A stretch of 64,000 nucleotides of DNA from NCBI RefSeq assembly GCF_001194135.2, contig NC_068981.1, positions 88,614,174-88,678,173 of the forward strand, written 5' to 3'. The position numbers and the translations under genes are program-made. The notes beneath the pieces were generated by a model, which was not told the origin of the DNA, ran no database searches, and was given only the letters and a program-made list of their open reading frames with translations. Shown here one piece after another: positions 24,137-37,639 of this stretch. The stretch is from Octopus bimaculoides (taxonomy: Eukaryota). Within the stretch, counting starts at the first letter, position 1. Every line of letters starts with the position of its first letter.

Positions 24137-25845
24137 TAGTATTTTATTGAACACCTCGATATATTTCAGCTAGATGGAAGACAAAAGACGTAATAAATTG
24201 GAAAGATATTAATTTTGCATACCAGAGCTGCAGGAGAAAGACAGTGTATATTAGAGATATTTTTGTTTATTTCCGATAGCGCCATCTGTAAATAAGTGAT
24301 ATATTTGAACAGTATATTCCGAGTATTAGTAGTAACACCAGCTATATACCGTATTACATAAGTGTAGACAAAAAGCCAATACTAACGCTAAAATTATGTA
24401 GAACTGTGAAAATGCAATAAAATTCGAAGCTTATATTTCTGTATATTTCTGATGATTATAAAATATTTTTTATAAAAGGAATTAAAAAAAATATATGAAA
24501 TATAACACAATCTAAAAAAGAAATGAGTACGATCAATTTCTTACATGATGTAATGATTTCTAACAGTGAAGAGAAATTTTGAGAAAATGTAATTTCCTAG
24601 TTCTCGCTTCATTTCACCACGCCACTGTACATTATTTTGAAAATTTCCTGGTTTAAAGAAAAATTCAGAAGCTGTTTCGATACTTCAGGTATTTCAAATT
24701 TAATTACACCGCTGTTTTCCGCTAGCTACATTAAACAAACTGAATAAGACCTAAAGAAATTTAAAATTTTAATTACGCCTCTCTACTCCACCAGCTCGGA
24801 TATATAAAATTAATCACGCAATTTTCTTTCATTTTATTTATATTTCGTGTGATCCACTGCTCACTTAACGAGAAATATCACTGTAACTTAATTATAGAAA
24901 TAATGACTTAAAATAACACTTAAGATATACATTTAAGAATATATATATATATATATTTACACACACACACACATGCACAAAGCAAACATTTTTCTCCTAC
25001 TTAGCTGCTGCCACTGGTTAACGCTGTCGAACGTGAAATTATTTCGTTTGTACGTTGTCTGACTCGGAAATATTTAAAGTTTCTAAACCAAAGACTATTT
25101 TATTCTAAATTTCTTCCCAATAAATGTCTGTTAGGATATAATTTCTAGAACCTCTAAGCAATTTAGTTTAGAAATATTACAATTCCGATGTTTAGTTCTT
25201 GTGTAGCCTATAATTGCACCATTAACTCAAATACACTTGTCATCTAAACTAACAGGCTATATTATTTTCTCGCAGGTATTTGATACTGTTACAGAGCCCT
25301 AAAATTTCAAAATATAACTTCACCAACTGGTGGAAAGCAGTTGAACCATTGTGCATAGATAACGAAGCTGATATTAACCGTTGTATGTTGAAACTTACTA
25401 CCTTCACTCGTGGTGACTTAACTCATGGTTTGTGATATCACAAGTTTGCAGTTTTCAGATTAGTTGATCTCCGTAAAATGGCTGTCAACATGGTATCTTT
25501 TCCTTCATTATATTTCGTCATACTCCGCTTTGCCTCTCTAATAGCTCGAGGCGGCCAGCAATTTAGAGCATAGAACTTTTTTTTATAGAAACTTGCACAT
25601 CATAGTATGTGATCCAAAAGGCAGTTGCTGTCTGATACTTGTCACTATATTTCGAGGTTGCATGTCAATGGAGCTTATGGAATAAGAACGGCAACTGTTT
25701 TACTGAGTGAATTCCGAACAATGTAAAAAGCAATCATGCGTGATATTGTTCTATGTGGACTTAAATGTTTTGGTGTATTCTAATGGAAATAATACCGCTA
25801 TGTATCGTTATGCAAGCGTTATTCATACGCCCCTCTGAAGAGTTG

Positions 25846-26010
25846 ATTACTATGCCTAGACGTAAGACTTTCTTGCATTGCTACAATGGTGAAGTTATGA
25901 ATGAGATGGAAGCCACGGAAGATGAGTCCAATATGCTTGACTTTTAAGTTCTAGAAATACCAGGATACCACTGTTAAGGACGACGAAGAAATCAATGAAC
26001 AGGAACTGTA
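25846..26010 (+). mobile_element. Possible piggyBac (PGBD-like) transposase N-terminal remnant
   Basis: [35 protein letters not shown] resembles the acidic PGBD2/3-type N-terminus; one stop and one frameshift; no TIR found. Confidence 0.3.
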
Positions 26011-27294
26011 GTGTAACAGTATCTGACCTATTAAATTCTTTCACTATTACTCGCTGTTTTTGAATATTTCACTAGTCTTTATCTTTGACTATTGTTGGTG
26101 ACTTGCAAAACAACCTTGTTTATCAAATCATAGTCTTTAATGATTGCGAAAGGAACGTGAAAATAAATAACACTTGAAATGTATGGTAAGTTTAGCTAAT
26201 GAACATTAAGGCTGTCTAATAAGTGTAGTATCTAGATGGATTGCAGTTGATACTATTTGGTCATAGTAGTTCCAACAAATGTGCATTTCTTTCCATCTAC
26301 TTTGCTTTCCTACCTCTGTTATATTTTAATATTGTATTGTTTACTGAATAAAGGTTTTATTAATAAAGTTTATGCTGGTTTATTTGCTTTATAAATATTT
26401 CAAAATACTGAATTCTTACCTTGAGAATATTCTTTTAACTTTCAATTCTTATTTTATAAAGGTTCTGGTTCATTTAATTTCCTTGAATGTCATTTAGGTT
26501 TTTATATTTTTATTTGTTTAATGATTATTAGGAATGTCTATTTTGTACCCTTTTAGGGTTTTAACATGCATCATCTTGTGACAAAGGTATATATTTAATC
26601 ACTGAAAGTTGTGAATAAAAACATTTTTGTTCAAAAATGCCTTATCAAAATTACATACTGATGTCTTTTGATTTAAATTGAAGCAAAAGAAATATTTATT
26701 GTTAAAATTAATGAAAAAAACATTTAAATTTACGCAGAGCTATTTATATTTTAATTCTAATTTTAATTATAATAGTAGCATGAAGCTGATGTCTGCTTGA
26801 AATATTTTGCATGTTTTGTTTTTTACGTGTTGATGTCAACGATAATCTCTATTTGTAAGAAGATCGAAAAACTGAACTAATTTTGTTATATGTGGTATAT
26901 GGTATTAAAAGTTCTTTTCTTAACCAGTCGAAAAATCTGTTCCTGGAAAAGTCCCCGGGTGATGGATATTGGAACAGCCTCTAGATATAGGATTTAGCGA
27001 CGGTTATGGAAACAAGCCGTCCTGGACTAAACACAGGATGACCTTTAGCAAAGCATAGCACCCGACAGATAGGCCACTCAATGTAGAATTACAGGTGAAG
27101 CCATGGATTGTAGTATGGTGGAAGTACAGTCTCGAGAAGGAGTAATCACTCGACTAATGGGGACACTTGCACAATGCGGAACAGAGGAACTTTTGTAAGG
27201 GCAATGGCAGGGTCACCATGTTCTCGAAGTACTTTATCACTAACGTCTATAGACCCAACAATCTGGGATGTTATTGGCGAAAAAAGATTTCAGC

Positions 27295-27380
<86 letters not shown>
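27295..27380. repeat. (CA)n microsatellite
   Basis: Direct reading. Confidence 0.98.
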
Positions 27381-27381
<1 letters not shown>

Positions 27382-28214
27382 ACGCACAAATATGAATCAG
27401 ATCGTCGTCCCATATTACCCGTTCCTCGGATAGCCAAGAAACGGGTTCTGCTGTAGTACCGGCTGTGGCTCAAAGTTCAAAATATCAGCTTCAGAGCCAG
27501 ACTAACTACTTTTCATTATTAAAATGCAAATGCACAACCATAATCTCAACTTTCAATGTGCGAACTATAAAAATCTGTGCAAGCTTGACTAGATATGTTA
27601 AGAGTGTTTACAAAGTCTCTGTATATTAATATTTTATAACTTGACTGTCAATTTAAATACCATTCAAGAATGATAGAAATACAGAATTTTTTCTTGCAGT
27701 GTCAACGATCCTGTCAGTACTGTCTCTTCTGCAAGTTCTACTGGAGTCGTAGAAGATAGCTAATCGATGCTTTGCAGTAGATCAAAGATCATAATTAGAG
27801 TTATATTGATCATCACAAATTTTTTTTTCTAGTTTCGAAAATAATCATTCAATTAGTGAAACGTTGAAGTTTATTCTAGTTTGAGATAAATTTCTAAAAT
27901 AAACATCAGAAAATTTATACATCTTTAATATGCCGAGCAAAAATATAGATCGTAAAGAAACATTGATAAGTACATAAAATATTTCCTGTTTTAAACTCTA
28001 ATCAATTACGTTTATATTACGCATGATCACCTTGATAGAAATAAATAACTTAGAAAACAAGTTTTCTAACTGTTAGCAAAGGTGTATCATATTCAGAGAA
28101 ATGAATTGAATCTGGGACATAGATGATTTTATTGAAATATTTGCTGGATTTGAAAACCGAGCGCAATAGCCCAAATGGCCTCTCTCTCTGTTATAGCTTC
28201 AGCCTCATAAATAT

Positions 28215-28830
28215 TGGTTTCTAATTTCAGCACAAGGCCAGCAATTTCTCTGTGGGATGGGAGCTGGAGGTAAGTCGATTATATCGACCCCGGTGATCAA
28301 CTGCTACTTATTTTATCGATTTCGAATGGACGAAAGGCAAAGTCGATCCCATCAGCATTTGGACTCAGAACGTAAAGACGGACGAAATGCCGCTAAGCCC
28401 GGTGTGCTAATGATTCTGCCATCTCACCATCTTTAGCTTCATTAATATTAAGAAAAAACATATCAAAGCGATGTGCTGGCAGAATCGTTAGCGTTACGGA
28501 CAAAATGCTCAGTGGCATTTCTTCAGTCTTTATGTTCTGAGTTCAAATTCCGCCGAGGTCAACTTTGTTTCTAATTCCTTTCGAGGTCGATGAAATAAGT
28601 AGCAGTTGAGCACTGGGGTCAATGTAATCGACTTATCTCACACCCAAAATTCTGACCTTGTCCTTTTGATTTAGGAACAAAACTAGTAATTTTTCGAAGC
28701 GAGGGGATTAGTCAATTCCATCGACTCCAGTATTTAATTGGTAATTTCGTGTATCGATTCCAAAAGGATGGGAGGCGAAATTGATCTGACCGAGATTTCA
28801 GCTCAGAACGCCAGATCATATACTGCGAAG
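28215..28830. mobile_element. Three SINE family A copies (-, +, -)
   Basis: Bodies at about 28215-28420 (-), 28455-28650 (+) and 28660-28830 (-). Confidence 0.85.
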
Positions 28831-30723
28831 CGTAATTTGTCACCAAGCCATACTCACTTGCAAGTGACATCTACATGAGTGATACTTTTTAGTTTTTAGC
28901 ACCTCAGTTTTAGATGAGAAAAATATTTTTTTAATATATACATATCCATTACATTTCTGTCGGTTTGTCTTCTAATCGGCATCAGGTATTTTATTTATGC
29001 ATATGAAGAACTCCGTACCAGGCTGGATTGAAAATAAGAATATTTATTAAAAATTAAGGGTAAAAACTCTCGTATCAATAAAGCAGCTTATGCATCTGAT
29101 GGTGATCGGAGAGCAAACTGAATGAAACATACAAAGCCTCATGAAATAGAATCCATTATGTCACGAGCCCACTTTCCCATCAGCTTATAAGCTGTATCAA
29201 TTTAAATTTAACATAAGTGAGGATTTGGTTTACTTGTGAGAGCACCAGACAAAATACATTGCAGTTATTTATTCCACTTTCTGATGTTCTGATTTTAAAT
29301 CCCAAAGAAGCCAACTTTGCTGCTTATTCATCCAGGGTTGATATATAGAGTACCGTTTTTGGACAGTGAACTGGCAGAATTGTCGTAGCATCGGATGTGT
29401 GTCGCTCCAGCTCTTTGTGTTCTAAGATACAATACCATAGTGGTCTATTGCAGTAGTAGACCTAATCCATTGCTTAGTTTAACGCCACCATCTGGTCACT
29501 GGATGCCTTTTGCGGACTCTAATCTGTTGCAAGCATTGATACCTTGTTTCTGGTCAGTGGGGACCTTCTTACCTCTCTTCAAATAAGTCCAGAGGCCTTT
29601 GTGAAAAGCCATGGACATCGGCTTTCACTCCTAATTAAAGAATTAAAAAAAATTACTGCATAACATCTAGTTATGGCGATTTCCTTATCTGATAATATTC
29701 AAAAGGACTGACGATATAGCCATTAATCATCACATTAATGAATATGGAAATTTGCTTACTACGTCCTCAGAAAGACTTGAACCTATCAAGTTCAGATACT
29801 TTCATAAATTATATCAAAATTAAAAGTTTAATGATCTATCAACTGAATTATGTGAGTGTTACATTAGTGGCCAGGTAGCAGAAGTGCGACGAAATTTTTG
29901 ACACTGCATATTAAGATATGAAAATCTTTCTGTTCTGTTTGAGATACTCTCTGTCGTTGCTTAGATGCAACCCCTCTCTCATAATCGCATAAAATTTACT
30001 TTTGTTTCTTCATTACGCTCTCTTATTAAGTATTCATTTTCCGTCTCGAAATATTCACGTGACTGTATTGTGTCTTTTTTTTTATGTCACAGTTTTTATA
30101 AACAATAGGATCGTTGGTTCCATATATATGCAATGGGCGCCTGCACATATCTAATTCTGCATATAAAGTAATGGTTAATTTTAGACTATGGTAGAGGGCA
30201 ATTGGTCAAGGTTTTGTGTCATAGGTTCGAACCAAGATTCACGTGGTTGCATTGCAAACTGTTTTAGTTACACAGCCATATCAACTCCTTTTGATGTTAA
30301 GAAAATTACTTTTCGTAGTAATAATTTTCCTAAGACGCTGTGATAGTATCTCTCTTTTTTTCTCCTTGGTGTCTGCTAACGAGATTAGAAAGTCTTTCCC
30401 TCTTAGATATTTCTTCTTCTTTTGTAGGTGCAATATTTATCTCTATATGCTTTACACTATCTTTCCTCTTAGTGTCTGTATTGGCGTTTTTAAAGCAATT
30501 CAGATTAGCTAAAAATAAACAAGAAAACAACACAAAATAACAACGATGAACACAAACAACATTCCCTTTTATGTTAAACTTCGCAGAAAGTACTGTCAAT
30601 AAATAATTAAGTTGACGATAAAATTCAGCTAAACTTTTGTACCTTTTGATCAGAGAGAAAAATCTATGTGGAAAACTGGATAGTTTTGGTGTATTTATAG
30701 AAGTCAATAAATACTATATATAT

Positions 30724-31021
30724 NNNNNNNNNNNNNNNNNNNNNNNNNNNNNNNNNNNNNNNNNNNNNNNNNNNNNNNNNNNNNNNNNNNNNNNNNNNNN
30801 NNNNNNNNNNNNNNNNNNNNNNNNNNNNNNNNNNNNNNNNNNNNNNNNNNNNNNNNNNNNNNNNNNNNNNNNNNNNNNNNNNNNNNNNNNNNNNNNNNNN
30901 NNNNNNNNNNNNNNNNNNNNNNNNNNNNNNNNNNNNNNNNNNNNNNNNNNNNNNNNNNNNNNNNNNNNNNNNNNNNNNNNNNNNNNNNNNNNNNNNNNNN
31001 NNNNNNNNNNNNNNNNNNNNN
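30724..31021. other. Assembly gap (others at 41790-41799, 43392-43634, 45519-45821, 48228-48350, 59395-59494, 63745-63754)
   Basis: Runs of N, mostly bordered by microsatellites. Confidence 1.
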
Positions 31022-31124
31022 TATATATACATATATGTGTATATATATATGTATATGTATGTATGGGTGTGTGTGTGTATAGTTTTTACAGAAATCAATA
31101 AACACTATGTATATATATATTTAT

Positions 31125-31173
<49 letters not shown>

Positions 31174-31904
31174 TACACACACACACACACATACCACATA
31201 ATACACATATGCATACACACGCACATACACATTCGCACGCACACACACACACACGCACACACACGCATATAGATAAACACATACACATACATACACGTGT
31301 GTATGTGTGTTTTCTGTTTGAAAAAGCAAAGACGCTCTGCAGTTCAGATGTTAGACTTCAGAAAAAAAGACGTAGAAGGAAAATTAAGATGTTTTTACAT
31401 TTCCGTCTGTTATTAACGACGAATACATGAGATGGATCTAAAATAGCATCATGATGTCGGTTTGATGGGAGCTTATGTTGTTATTTCTGTTCTTTGCATT
31501 TAAGCTAGCTTTGATTGAGCAGGCCAATTAGAAAACATCTTGTTATTTTACTGGGTACAGGGTACACAAGGACCACATTATCCAAAATGCCCTATTTTTT
31601 GTATCAAGTGAGAGGTTTCGGTTTGAGGGAAAGTTTGATTGCTATCTTCAGCATATCGAATAATACAGCATTGCTATCATAAATATAAACATTATTGTAT
31701 AATTAATAGGAATATAATACATATACCTTTGGATTTTTAACCCTCCGTTGGTGTAGGTCAGAGTTTCACTCTTACAACTTTATCAGAAGCTGGATGTACA
31801 AGGCAAGGCAAGGTAATCAGGCAAGTAATTTTAGTATACAGTCTACATCGGTAGAACTTGAACTCAGAGATCATTCTCCTCCTAGTCTGACTACATTTGA
31901 TCCG

Positions 31905-31905
<1 letters not shown>

Positions 31906-31990
<85 letters not shown>
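31906..31990. repeat. (GA)n microsatellite
   Basis: Direct reading. Confidence 0.98.
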
Positions 31991-31994
<4 letters not shown>

Positions 31995-32394
31995 TAGGGA
32001 GGAATTCCCTTCTTGATTTCTCCCGAAACGACGAGTTGACCTCCGTAGTATTTGAATTAAGAACGCAGAGAGCTCCAACTCCGCAAGATATTCTACCCAA
32101 TGCTATAACAATTCTCTCAATTCACTGCTTTATAAGAAAATTCATAAAAAGATGAATGGTTATTCTAAAGGGACACTATGAGAAATGGCAACTCTGAAGG
32201 TTGAACAGACAAAGGCTATCAGTATTGACATAAGGACTGACTGCATCCATTATCCAATAGAACCAGTTTTTGTTTTTGTGAAAAAATTTATAAATCAACA
32301 GAAAAATGTTTTCTTTCCATCGTTAGGTCTAAAACAACGGATTATCGAGAGGCTAGGAGACCGAGCAGATCGATTAGTGGTGTTATTCTTGAAC

Positions 32395-32650
32395 AATTGT
32401 AAATATACGGCAACATGGAAGATCTGGACAGGAAAAGAATTCCAGAGGCTTCACAGTGTGAAGAGAAAGGATTGGGAAAAAGAAGTTAGTGTTGGGCCTG
32501 GTAGGGTAAACAACAAGGTTACAATATGGATGACGAGAAGAGGAGAGACGTGTGGATTGGGGAGGTTGAGTGAAGATGGCAAGAGGTCGACTAGTCCCAC
32601 ATGCAGAGGCCGCTACAATATCGGTTGCTGAAGATAAGGACTGATTTCTC
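32395..32650 (-). mobile_element. CR1/L2-group LINE 3' fragment
   Basis: Reverse complement contains ACTGTGAAGCCTCTGGAATTCTTTTCCTGTCCAGATCTTCC, a remnant of the RT C-terminal RTxxLWNSLP..FP motif. Confidence 0.55.
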
Positions 32651-33786
32651 GTGGAGACGTACTTGTGATATTTTTTTTTACATTTGTTTGCAATAATTTA
32701 CTTTAATTTATAATACTAATTCTTCTGAGAAAAAAGATCATTATCAAAAAATGTTAGACTAAATCTCCTATGATTCTAAAGTCTGATTTCTATATGAGGG
32801 ATTAACTTAACATGTTGTTTAGCTTCAGGTAATATGTTAGAACAGAACTATGATAAAATCCTCCAAACCCTTTTTTTTTTTTTAAAATTCTAAGATAGTG
32901 TTATCGAGAACCATACTATCCGATGTGCTCTTCCTTACATAAGATAATATAGTTTGATTTGAGGGAGGGTTGCTTGCAATTTTCTTCTGAGTTTTCCACG
33001 TTTGCAGACAAAGAAATTTCTAACAATTCAGAAACATAATGACTTATATTCATTAACTTTAAGACATGGTAATGATTGTTTTTGAAATTTAAGCATTAGA
33101 TATAAGCAGTGTTGAGAGTTGTATAACTTGTATTATATCTATCGTTTTAGAGATATCTATGCACTTTTCGCTCTGAACGATATTTATAATGATTATGTTT
33201 TTCCTTTTCACAGATTTTATTAAAATTTCTAATATTTATATTTGTAGTTTTTAAAATTTAAACGAAGTGTAGTAATACTAAAGCAGTTGAATTGCCTTGT
33301 AAATACAAAATCAGTTCGAACATTATTTACAGAGATTTCATTAGATTTTCAATTCTCAAAGGAGAAATGAAATTGCCCAATATTATGTTGAATGAATAAA
33401 AAATATAACACTTCAACTGCAATAATAGATGATCTACCAGAAATGTTTAACAGTATTGATTTTTAAACAAAAGTGAAATTCAATACAGAATATTTGTGGT
33501 TTGTAAAAGATTCTCAAACATACTTTTAGAAAGATATGTTAAGATAGCCAATAACAGCTATTAGAGGCGTGTTTATTGCGATTCGAAAAATAATTTTATT
33601 TCCTTCTAAATTGAAGAATATTTGTTTAACTTAGTTCAACTCTAAATTAATATTTTCTGTAGCTATGGTGATATGGAATATAATGAAAACGAGCATTGAG
33701 GTGGTAACTGAATTAAATTTTCGAAGTTACTTCATATCTTGTAAGGTTTCCATGATTCTAAAGACCACTTAAGAAACAACAAAATG

Positions 33787-34040
33787 TCATTCCGAAGAAA
33801 GATATACACTATCTGTCCTCTCATTGAAGCCATATAAAGCAATTGCCAATGCATTTAAGCCTGCAAGTTCATAGTTCAATTCACTATAAATAAGCATCAC
33901 GTGGAAGTGTCTTGTTTTGTTTTTACTTTGGGCTTTAACCTCTTGGTCGAGTCGTAAGGAAGCCGCCCTGACATCTGGTGTGTCTTGGATGTACACATCT
34001 ACCGGAGCCCTTCCCTCTCCTGAACTAATCACTAAGATTT
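33787..34040 (-). CDS. Candidate terminal coding exon, unknown protein
   Basis: About 40-nt polypyrimidine tract and AG at 34041-34042, phase-1 entry, 84 codons to TGA: EILVISSGEGRAPVDVYIQDTPDVRAASLRLDQEVKAQSKNKTRHFHVMLIYSELNYELAGLNALAIALYGFNERTDSVYLSSE*. No homology recognised. Confidence 0.4.
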
Positions 34041-34109
34041 CTTTACAGAGAGAAAGAAGACAAAAAAGAAAACGAAAGAGGAGAATCTCGTCTAAGAGTT
34101 GATCAACAC

Positions 34110-34291
34110 TGAAAGTATATGTATATATTCACCAATAGATATATACACACGTTTATACGTGCATTTGTTATGTGTACATTTGTGTATGTATGTATGCACA
34201 CACACACACACATATATATTTACGCTACACACATACACATGCGCATATATATATATATATGTGTATATGTATATGCATGTATATATATATG

Positions 34292-34339
<48 letters not shown>

Positions 34340-34420
34340 CACACATACATATGTATGCATGCACACATATATTTACACAACGACATACAGGCACATATGA
34401 TATTACATTCACACACAGTT
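34110..34420. repeat. (TA)n/(CA)n/(TG)n compound low-complexity tract
   Basis: Direct reading. Confidence 0.95.
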
Positions 34421-35947
34421 CAGCAGTAACTAAATGAATAATCAATAAAGTCTAAGAACCTTAGAATACGATATTAAAAACGGAATAATGAGAAGGTAAA
34501 CAAGAAGAGTTCTTGTTTTTAGTGAAAATAAAGAATAAATGATGAAAAGAATGGATGTGGAATAGATATGAATATGAAGCCATGAGAAGCTGGCCAAAAT
34601 GTATTTTGGAGTCCTTCAGTTTGTTATAAAACAAATAGATTTTGTATATAGCTTCATCTAAAAATGGCCCAGATTTTTGGTATATGTTAAGACAGGTGAC
34701 TTGTATAATGTGACAGTAGTGTCTTTGTTAGATGACCAGTAATGTTTCTTCTGATTGTTCCTAGTATCATATTTATTGCTTTCAGCTTTGACCGATGCAG
34801 AACATAAAATTCCGAATTCATTGATTTTCGTATCTAAGTCAGTTTTCTCTTCTGTGAATGTGAATAGTCTTATCACCAAAGTATTATTTATACACGGGAC
34901 TTTCTTGGACAAAGTATGACATTTGATTTTACTTGTATTGATCACTGGAGAGTCCTTTTACTATTTCTATGAAATTAATATAGATCTTTGGATAATATAT
35001 AGATCAAGCCAATGAAAGAGTTTGTACAGGGCCACTCGACTTGCTAGAATTAATATTGAAATCAAAATTTATCGTCTTTTTTTTTAAGGGACACATATAA
35101 TGTGGCTTAAAATAAACTATATTTGTAAAGAGGGCATGACTATCGCTAGAATATCTCTAGTCATAGGTCTACTGGAGCAGTACTGACGTCGAGCTAAACG
35201 ATAACGTATATAGGATGGCTATGCCTGTCAGGTATCCTTCACAGTTTTACGGTATAAAAGACTCATTTCCAAGAATGCTTGTGTCGATAGATAAAGAACA
35301 AATATAGATGTATTTTGAAATGTGATGACATAGACTACAGACAAACGTTTTGAGTAGACCCTTCATCGAGGAAAAAAAAAGAATGAAAAGTTGGGAAACT
35401 TGTTTGAAAATACATCATTAACAGAAAAGTGGTACAAGCAATAAAAGCAAACTATAACCTTTACCATTGTCACTATAGCAACCAAACTAGTACTATATGT
35501 AATTTAGAATTGTGAAAATATGAAGTCTAGATATTATATTTCAGAGGATCGTCTTGTTTTTATAAAATAAGGTTTTGTTCAAGATATTACTGAGCGAAGT
35601 GGAAGTTCTTCAGAAGAAAGCAACGAACAAATGTATATACATTTTTATTGATATACATACTTATGTTTGTATGTATGCATATGCATATAAATACACATAC
35701 ATACAGTTAATCATTAATTAAATAATGACAGAGAAATACAAATTAAGTTTTCTACTGATGTTCTAACCTAATTGATGATTGCTTTATAGGCTGATAATAT
35801 GTGCCATTTATTGGAGAAAAAATTTCTTTGAGGAGTGATGTACAAACCGTGAAACAGTTTGCCAGAAGATTCCCCTTTTTTCTGTGCAACAGTTGTAATA
35901 GGAATGTATTTACATTTTTATTTTCACGTTTGTATATACATATGTTT

Positions 35948-36331
35948 GTGAAGGCGCAATGGCCCAGTGGTTATGGCAGCGGACTCGCGGTCATAGGATC
36001 GCGGTTTCGATTCCCAGACCGGGCGTTGTGAGTGTTTATTGAGCGAAAACACCTAAAGCTCCACAAGGCTCCGGCAGGGGTTGGTGGCGAACCCTGCTGT
36101 ACTCTTCCACCACAACTTTCTCTCACTCTTTCTTCCTGTTTCTGTTGTTCCTGTATTTCAAAGGGCCAGCCTTGTCACACTGTGTCACGCTGAATATCCC
36201 CGAGAACTACGTTAAGGGTACACGTGTCTGTGGAGTGCTCAGCCACTTGCACATTAATTTCACGAGCAGGCTGTTCCGTTGATCGGATCGACTGGAACCC
36301 TCGACGTCGTAAGCAACGGAGTGCCAACAAC
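35948..36331 (+). mobile_element. SINE family E, full length, 12-bp TSD
   Basis: A box TGGCCCAGTGG, B box GGTTTCGATTCC, CAACAAC tail; TSD ATACATATGTTT at 35936-35947 and 36332-36343. Confidence 0.95.
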
Positions 36332-36557
36332 ATACATATGTTTATCATAGAACATTTTTATCGAAACTTTCTGTTGATATTTCCACCCCACCACAAAAAA
36401 AGTGTTATATATGTTTTTTAATACATTGTTATATGCTAATATGATCAACAAGTTGCTTACTGCATTACACGAATATGACAAAAAAGCACACAATTTCACA
36501 GATTTCAACCAGAAGCTGTGGCCATGCCATGGCATCGCCTTTAAAATATGTCGGCTT

Positions 36558-36631
36558 CGTCCCCATGTGGGCTTAAACCACCAGTCCTTCTGTTACCATC
36601 CGAACACACTAACCGATTACACTACAGAGAC
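36558..36631 (-). pseudogene. Decayed tRNA-Asn(GTT) gene
   Basis: Reverse complement GTCTCTGTAGTGTAATCGGTTAGTGTGTTCGGATGGTAACAGAAGGACTGGTGGTTTAAGCCCACATGGGGACG is colinear with the 74-nt animal tRNA-Asn; anticodon loop altered to ATGGTAA, several stem mismatches. Confidence 0.85.
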
Positions 36632-37271
36632 AAGTAAAACCTGGCCTAATGTAAACCTTAATTATTATATCATCAGAACCGGGAGCGAGAAACTTCGGGT
36701 AGCTTCTCACTAACTTAGGTTTGCAAATATTATTTCAATCATACGAATAGTTGTGTAACAAGAGCATAATTGTATGCGTGTGTTTGTGAATTAGAAAGGT
36801 AATAGACATAGCTACAGGGAAAAGACCTTGCGATAACCAGTTCTAGTCCTTTACATTCTGAGTTCAAAGACCAGGCTAATTGATCGATAATGTCTTGTAT
36901 GCTCCTAGGATCGTTAAAATAATTAGCTGTATGCTCTTCCCCCGAATTCTTGTCAGTATATTAGCAGTCAATATTAGTAGTGAATATTACATACGTGTGT
37001 ACGTGTGTGTAATTGCTGACTTCATTTGTTTTATTTAGTGTCAGACTAAACGCCTTTTTTATTGCTTTTTCTTTATTGCTTCTCCGTTACGTTCGGCAGA
37101 CAAAGCTGGCGTTAATTGAGTTTGTCTGGAAATTCTCCGTGTTTGATCAAATGAGTTTCAGTTATGTATTTCGTGGGGTTAAATTAATTAAACACCTCCC
37201 ATGTGACTATCTGATGCCGTACGTGCGTAAACTATGCTACTACTACTACTACTACAATATATATATAAATA

Positions 37272-37329
<58 letters not shown>

Positions 37330-37639
37330 TATGTATGCATTAAATATATCACTCTACGATAGAGTGTGTATCTGGTGGCCCGATCTGATAGATACAGTAG
37401 CCAACCAAATCACCGTCAAATATTATGCCACTGTCTTGAATAGCAAGAAATACATTGCATACAGAATGTCAAAATTATTGATGGGATGGTCATAGGAGGA
37501 ATCCTTTTAATCAGTGAGGGAGGTTAAGCTGGAGCTGAAAACGTTGAAGTTGAAATTCATACACACACACACACACACACATACACACACACGCACGCAC
37601 ACACACACACATACATACACACACTAGTATACCCGTGTC

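Noticed and set aside
26415-26604. Strong minus-strand donor (AG-gtaag) with upstream acceptors
   Set aside because: All three frames contain stops; this shows how often splice-like sites arise by chance here.
24601-27765. Plus-strand exon candidates 24601-24688 and about 27700-27765
   Set aside because: Open frames and splice-like sites, but phases do not chain and no homology was recognised.
30687-31110. About 30-bp motif repeated on both sides of a gap
   Set aside because: Probably a collapsed minisatellite unit; cannot be assessed across Ns.
32185-32631. 148-aa plus-strand ORF
   Set aside because: Largely the antisense of a CR1/L2-like 3' fragment.
34658-34945. 95-aa minus-strand ORF near the candidate terminal exon
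   Set aside because: No convincing donor, and composition compatible with chance.
35948-36025. SINE heads as functional tRNA genes
   Set aside because: A/B boxes are present but continue into SINE bodies with TSDs; no proper cloverleaf.
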